Positions 59,461 through 64,000 of a stretch of DNA of 64,000 nucleotides are shown here, piece by piece. Source of the DNA: Bacteroidales bacterium (GTDB lineage: Bacteria > Bacteroidota > Bacteroidia > Bacteroidales > CAIWKO01); the NCBI GenBank assembly GCA_035353775.1, contig DAOQAF010000008.1, forward strand, positions 465 through 64,464, in the 5' to 3' direction. The first letter of the stretch is position 1. Every line of letters begins with the position of its first letter. Position numbers and translations under genes: made by a program. A model generated the notes under the pieces. The model saw only the letters and a list, made by a program, of their open reading frames with translations. It was not told the DNA's origin and did no database searches.

Positions 59461-60675
59461 ATGGAAAGAGTTGTTGTTACAGGAATGAGTATGATCAGTT
59501 CGCTTGGATTGGATCTACAAACCAACTGGGAAAACCTCAAAGCAGGAAAGAGCGGTGTGAAAAAAATCACTTTATTTGACGCTAGCCCTTGCCAAACTCA
59601 GATAGCAGCAGAGATACCCCCGGAATTTGACACCCTCTGGCCCGCTTACATCAAAAAAAGGTCTGCCGAACAAATGACACGCATCACCAAGGCATGCTTT
59701 GTCTGTGCAAAAGAAGCAGTAACCCTGAGCGGGATCAATTTTGACGAGATGGACAAAGACCGTTGCGGGGTAATTCTCGGAGTGGTTACTACTGCCAATA
59801 CCTCTGCCGAAAAAGGGACCACCGACCAGAACCGCATACTGAAAAGTATGAATAACGCCATGTCTGCATGGATCTCACTTGAATATAAACTTCAGGGGCC
59901 CAATTTCACCGTTTCTTCTGCCTGTGCTTCCTCGGCGTATGCCATCGGGCTGGGTTATGACATGATAAAAAACGGGAGCGCTGATGTTGTGATCGTTGGA
60001 GGAGCCGACTCTACCGTCAATAAAGAAGAAATTGACGGGTTTAACAGCCTGTACGCGCTTTCAACAGAAAATACCCATCCTGAAAAAGCGAGCAAACCTT
60101 TTTCGAAAGACCGCGATGGTTTCGTGATTGGCGAAGGCGCCGGGGTTTTGTTACTGGAATCGGAACGATCAGCATTAGCCCGCAACGCTAAAATATATGG
60201 AGAGATCGCAGGTTATGCCATTTCAAGTGAAGCCTATAATATCATGGCGCCGATGAAAGACGGCGAAGGTATCGCCCACGCCATAGAACTGGCACTGAAA
60301 AATGCTAATGTTTCTTCTTCACAGATAGATTACATCAATGCACACGGAACTTCTACTACGCTGAATGACAAATATGAAACCCTTGCCATTAAAAAAGTTT
60401 TTGGAGAACGCGCGTATCATATCCCGGTATCATCTTCCAAATCAATGACAGGCCACACCATCGGCGCTGCCGGGGCTATAGAACTGATCATTACCTTACA
60501 AACAATAATGAACAGCATCATCACCCCTACTATCAACCTCGACCAACCCGACCCCGAACTTGATCTTGATTATGTTCCTAACACATTAAGAAATCAGGAG
60601 GTTAACTGTGCCTTATCCAATTCATTTGCTTTTGGAGGACATAATGCCGTTTTGGTAATTAAAAAATATCAGTAA
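59461..60675 (+). CDS. Beta-ketoacyl-ACP synthase (KAS I/II, FabF/FabB-like)
   Basis: 404 aa. The Cys-His-His triad blocks are SSACASSAYAIG, NAHGTSTTLND and SKSMTGHTIGAAG, and the C-terminal NSFAFGGHNA block is present. Confidence 0.9.
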   Translation: MERVVVTGMSMISSLGLDLQTNWENLKAGKSGVKKITLFDASPCQTQIAAEIPPEFDTLWPAYIKKRSAEQMTRITKACFVCAKEAVTLSGINFDEMDKDRCGVILGVVTTANTSAEKGTTDQNRILKSMNNAMSAWISLEYKLQGPNFTVSSACASSAYAIGLGYDMIKNGSADVVIVGGADSTVNKEEIDGFNSLYALSTENTHPEKASKPFSKDRDGFVIGEGAGVLLLESERSALARNAKIYGEIAGYAISSEAYNIMAPMKDGEGIAHAIELALKNANVSSSQIDYINAHGTSTTLNDKYETLAIKKVFGERAYHIPVSSSKSMTGHTIGAAGAIELIITLQTIMNSIITPTINLDQPDPELDLDYVPNTLRNQEVNCALSNSFAFGGHNAVLVIKKYQ

Positions 60676-60696
60676 ATTTGTGCAAAATTTAAACTG

Positions 60697-61002
60697 ATGG
60701 CAAAGATTAGCAAAAATACCCGGAACGAAATACAAGAAACCGTTTACAGTTTTTTTACTGAAGAATGCGAAGTTGATGCGGCATCCCTGAACGAAAAAAC
60801 AAATATTCTCAGGGACCTCGGCGGTGATTCCTTAATGTTCCTCGAACTGATAGAAATTTTCAAAAAGAAATATTCCCTGAATATCGAACTGAAAACCATT
60901 GGTAAATATGTGGTGAAACACCCTGTGGAAACTATCGGCCAGCTTGTGGATATGACCATGCTTATTATCGAGCACGAAAATAATATTGTAAATCTGGATT
61001 AA
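60697..61002 (+). CDS. Acyl/peptidyl carrier protein
   Basis: 101 aa with the phosphopantetheine attachment motif LGGDSLMFLEL. Confidence 0.8.
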   Translation: MAKISKNTRNEIQETVYSFFTEECEVDAASLNEKTNILRDLGGDSLMFLELIEIFKKKYSLNIELKTIGKYVVKHPVETIGQLVDMTMLIIEHENNIVNLD

Positions 61003-61010
61003 AGAATGAA

Positions 61011-61066
61011 GGGAGGCTGGGAGGCTGGGAGGCTGTTAGTCCGCCGCGGCTGAGTCAGGCTGTTAG
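61011..61066. repeat. Tandem octamer gggaggct x3 followed by two ggctgttag copies around a GC palindrome
   Basis: gggaggct occurs at 61011-61018, 61019-61026 and 61027-61034. ggctgttag occurs at 61031-61039 and 61058-61066. agtccgccgcggc lies at 61038-61050. Confidence 0.85.
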
Positions 61067-61077
61067 GTAATGTAACA

Positions 61078-61515
61078 CTATCCTTTATTAGTTGGAGTCA
61101 AAGCCGGCGTTTCTTTTTTCATATTTACCAGCCATTTTCCTTTTACTTTTACAAGATCTAATTGTTGCTCTTTGCCTTCTTCATTTTTATAGGTTACAAC
61201 AGCATTTTTCCCGTCAATAGCGGTTTTCACCACTTGAATATCGATTGCTTTGGGAGGAGTATCAGGCTCTTTACCATTTTTTTTGCTCATTTCGAGCATC
61301 ATCGAAAACATGTCGAGCATCTTGCCTGTGGCTTCCGTTCCATATTTGCGGGCTTCGTCAAACTCGAACATCCTCAAATGATTAAGGAATTTTGTAGCAA
61401 CGGCCGCCGGTTTGTTTTCTTTTTGTGACGCCGTTTTGCAAGAAACTGCACACACAGCGAAGAACAGAACAGATAACATCAAAATTGTAAAAAAACGCAT
61501 TGGTCTGAATATCAT
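61078..61515 (-). CDS. Putative lipoprotein (DUF4878-like)
   Basis: 145 aa with lipobox AVSC. The small alpha+beta protein pattern (KFLNHL...FDEARKYGT...) resembles DUF4878; this is from memory only. Confidence 0.5.
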   Translation of the reverse strand: MIFRPMRFFTILMLSVLFFAVCAVSCKTASQKENKPAAVATKFLNHLRMFEFDEARKYGTEATGKMLDMFSMMLEMSKKNGKEPDTPPKAIDIQVVKTAIDGKNAVVTYKNEEGKEQQLDLVKVKGKWLVNMKKETPALTPTNKG

Positions 61516-61579
61516 TTGAAAAATTTTATTTCAAAATTAGACATTTTCTAAGATACGGAAAATAATTATTCTTTTTTGC

Positions 61580-61587
61580 TACTTTTG
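61580..61587 (+). promoter_or_regulatory. -7 promoter motif (TACTTTTG) upstream of ribE
   Basis: TAnnTTTG match 27 nt upstream of the start. Confidence 0.4.
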
Positions 61588-61613
61588 CTAAAAATCTAAA
61601 ATCACAAATCATC

Positions 61614-62225
61614 ATGTTTACAGGAATCGTAGAAACCACCGGCAAGGTTGTAAATATTGAGCGCGACCGCACCAATATCCATATTACTATTGAAACTCCA
61701 ATTGCCAAAGAGCTTAAAATAGACCAGAGCATGTGCCATGATGGCGTTTGCCTTACGGTGGTAAAAGTTGATCCTGAAAAATCGCAATATGTGGTAACAG
61801 CCATCCAGGAAACACTGGATAAAACAAACCTCGGCACATGGGACACCGGCTACGAAGTGAACCTTGAGCGCAGCATGCTGATGGAAGCCCGTTTCGACGG
61901 GCATATCGTGCAGGGGCATGTGGACCAGACCGCAGTCTGCAACAAAGTTGAAGAAATGGACGGGAGCTGGAAATTCTGGTTTGATTACGACGCGAGCAAA
62001 CAAAATATCACGGTTGAAAAAGGTTCTATATCGGTCAACGGTGTCAGCCTAACCGTTGTGGATTCACTGCCGGGACAGTTTTCTGTTGCGATCATCCCCT
62101 TCACATACCAAGTAACCAACTTTCACAACTTCAAAAAAGGAACGGTAATAAATATTGAGTTTGATGTGTTTGGGAAATATGTAGCAAAACTGCTAAAACT
62201 TTATTTTGAGCAGAAAGGGATGTGA
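61614..62225 (+). CDS. ribE: Riboflavin synthase (alpha chain)
   Basis: 203 aa. It has MFTGIVE..G at the N-terminus and the duplicated GDSI/GVSLTV barrel halves (DGVCLTV, NGVSLTV). Confidence 0.92.
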   Translation: MFTGIVETTGKVVNIERDRTNIHITIETPIAKELKIDQSMCHDGVCLTVVKVDPEKSQYVVTAIQETLDKTNLGTWDTGYEVNLERSMLMEARFDGHIVQGHVDQTAVCNKVEEMDGSWKFWFDYDASKQNITVEKGSISVNGVSLTVVDSLPGQFSVAIIPFTYQVTNFHNFKKGTVINIEFDVFGKYVAKLLKLYFEQKGM

Positions 62226-62372
62226 AATTTTCAGTTAGGCTGACGACAGTGAACGGGCTTATACTATAGCGGATTCAAGGCATTCAGCCTTTCAAATGAT
62301 TTAGTTGTAGTCCCCTTTTATAAAGTTTGAGTTTTCAGGTTCAAAACAACACTACCTTTGTTAAAATCGAAA

Positions 62373-64000
62373 TTACACTTTTACAATACTAACATCTTCA
62401 CGAAGGTATATCAGGTATTTTTCAACGGGCTTACCATTAATTTCCACCAATAAATCAGCGTAATTGGTGATCTGGGTTTTGTGTGTTTCCTTCACAGCGC
62501 CGGTTTTAAAATCGATGATGAAGTTTTTATCTTTTTCAAAAATGATCCTGTCGGGCCGGTAAACTTCATGGGCAGGCGTAAGGATTTCCGCCTCTGTCAA
62601 GACATTCAGGCCGGGCTCAAAAAACTTCTTAAATTCCGGTTTAGTCATCAATTCATCAAGGTATTTATTAATCTTTTCAGCATCCGTATCGCTGATAACT
62701 CCTTCTAAAACCATTCTGGCTATTACGCCGGCAGTGTCCTCTGCCTGGCGTATCTCAGACAATATTTTATGGATAACATTGCCCCACGAAATACTTTTAG
62801 CAGTTTCTTCATCCTCCCACAAAATTGATGAATTATATCGTATGACCATCTTGTCGGCCCAGCCGGATGAAAAAATCTTTTCGGGTATCACCGTGTTGTT
62901 CTTTTCGGGTTGTTTAACCAAAGGAGGGGGAACCAGTGAATCCCCAAATTCAACCACATCGGAATTTTCATCCCACTTTTCAATATGCTTTAAATATTTT
63001 TTCAGCAGAAAACCAAAGCCCGCCCCTCTGTCGTTGTCATATTTTTTTGAGAGTATGTAAAGCCGGTCTTCGGGCCGAGTAAGCGCCACATAGCAAATAT
63101 TCAACATGTCGAGTTTTGCATTGCTGTTTTCCTGCAAATAATAGTTTTCAAAAGAAGTACCTTCAAGACTTTTTTTGGTAACATTGATAGGAAATGCGGG
63201 TATTTCCGGACAGTAGCCAAATGTGTTTTCCACCCAGATACTTGCGCCTTTTGTTTTTACCGATTCATCAGCAAAAGGATAAATAACAACGGGAAATTCC
63301 AGCCCTTTAGCCTTATGTATCGTCATAATTTTTACCGCATCCAGTTTGTCCGGAACCACGATAGATTTTCCCGCGCCCTTATCATCCCACCATTCAATAA
63401 AATCAGGTATGCCGGGAGTATTGTTACTGACAAATTCGTTGACGGCATCCAGAAAATAAATCACAAAAGGATCCGGCTTCCCGGTAAAGTCAAATAATCT
63501 GATCAAATACTCGGACAGATCGTACAGCGGAATTAAAGAAATTTTGCCACAGTCGATCTCTATATTAAAAAGTTTAAAAATTTCATTTAAAGGATATTTT
63601 TGCTGATGATCCTTTTTTAAGGATTGGTACATCAGGATCAGCCGGTTCAGATTGTACTCCGTCTGATAATTATCCTGCAAATAATAGAGGATAAAAGCGG
63701 CAGCCAGTTCATCATCGGGACTATTTAAATATCGGAATAGTGAAATGATAAAATTAACTTTCTGAGAAGAGCTTAAAAGCAGGGATTCACTGGAGACTAC
63801 GTCGATTCCGTTATGCAGCAAAAATGATGCAATATCGGCTGCCTGCTGGTTGGCACGGCAAATGACCGCGATATCTTTCAAAGAAGTTTTCGCCGCCTTC
63901 AATTCCGTAATTATCTCAAGAATATTATTCAGTTGCTCATCGGCATACGTTTCGCCGCCCTCAAAAAATCTTATGCGCACATATCCACCAATATTCCCGG
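62373..64000 (-). CDS. UvrD/AddA-type helicase C-terminal region fused to a PD-(D/E)XK nuclease domain (5' end outside window)
   Basis: The ORF is open to the window edge. It has the helicase motif V/VI-like block (IMTIHKAKGLEF) and a C-terminal RecB-like nuclease motif (RPDRII...IIDFKTG). Confidence 0.7.
   Translation of the reverse strand, partial: GNIGGYVRIRFFEGGETYADEQLNNILEIITELKAAKTSLKDIAVICRANQQAADIASFLLHNGIDVVSSESLLLSSSQKVNFIISLFRYLNSPDDELAAAFILYYLQDNYQTEYNLNRLILMYQSLKKDHQQKYPLNEIFKLFNIEIDCGKISLIPLYDLSEYLIRLFDFTGKPDPFVIYFLDAVNEFVSNNTPGIPDFIEWWDDKGAGKSIVVPDKLDAVKIMTIHKAKGLEFPVVIYPFADESVKTKGASIWVENTFGYCPEIPAFPINVTKKSLEGTSFENYYLQENSNAKLDMLNICYVALTRPEDRLYILSKKYDNDRGAGFGFLLKKYLKHIEKWDENSDVVEFGDSLVPPPLVKQPEKNNTVIPEKIFSSGWADKMVIRYNSSILWEDEETAKSISWGNVIHKILSEIRQAEDTAGVIARMVLEGVISDTDAEKINKYLDELMTKPEFKKFFEPGLNVLTEAEILTPAHEVYRPDRIIFEKDKNFIIDFKTGAVKETHKTQITNYADLLVEINGKPVEKYLIYLREDVSIVKV

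Noticed and set aside
61516-61613. FMN riboswitch upstream of ribE, and a SAM riboswitch upstream of the methionine gamma-lyase gene (35910-36148)
   Set aside because: The ribE leader is under 100 nt, AT-rich, and lacks the conserved FMN-element blocks. The 35.9-36.1 kb region shows no SAM-I/II-like helices that I can recognise. A covariance-model scan would be needed to be certain.
62353-62360. TACCTTTG promoter-like motif on the plus strand after ribE
   Set aside because: It points into the 3' end of the convergent helicase-nuclease gene with no plus-strand ORF downstream. It is probably a chance match or at most an antisense promoter, and nothing further supports it.

Overview
This 64-kb window is from a Bacteroidota chromosome. 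The assignment is inferred from T9SS C-terminal sorting domains on three secreted proteins, TAnnTTTG-type promoter motifs, and gene content (OmpH, LpxB, PPDK, PckA, SufCDSE, and ExbB-ExbD-ExbD-TonB with PstS-like and TPR partners). I count about 55 protein-coding genes and one tRNA-Ser(GGA). I found no rRNA, CRISPR array, cas gene, integrase, transposase or reverse transcriptase. Most of the window is housekeeping: secA, rpsF-rpsR-rplI, lpxB, ppdK, pckA, hldD, suf genes, mrp/nifU and ribE. The accessory pockets are: (a) a collagen-like, tail-fibre-like giant secreted protein (1070-4309); (b) a 4.3-kb two-gene surface-protein island (6.4-10.7 kb) bracketed by a duplicated 3' end of hldD, with an inverted-repeat-flanked 150-bp element in its upstream region; (c) a MerR / T9SS protein / RelE-type toxin-antitoxin pocket (24.5-26.4 kb); (d) a four-helix-bundle gene cassette wedged into the suf operon; (e) a compact 3-hydroxyacyl-CoA-dehydrogenase-like / KAS / carrier-protein operon (58.4-61.0 kb) with unusual short repeats sharing a CTGTTAG core on both flanks. 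I do not see a complete, convincingly novel multi-gene system such as a defence system. The strongest leads are (b), (e) and the repeat elements next to them. All functional calls come from motif and family recognition by eye; no database search or folding computation was run, so identities and percentages are approximate.
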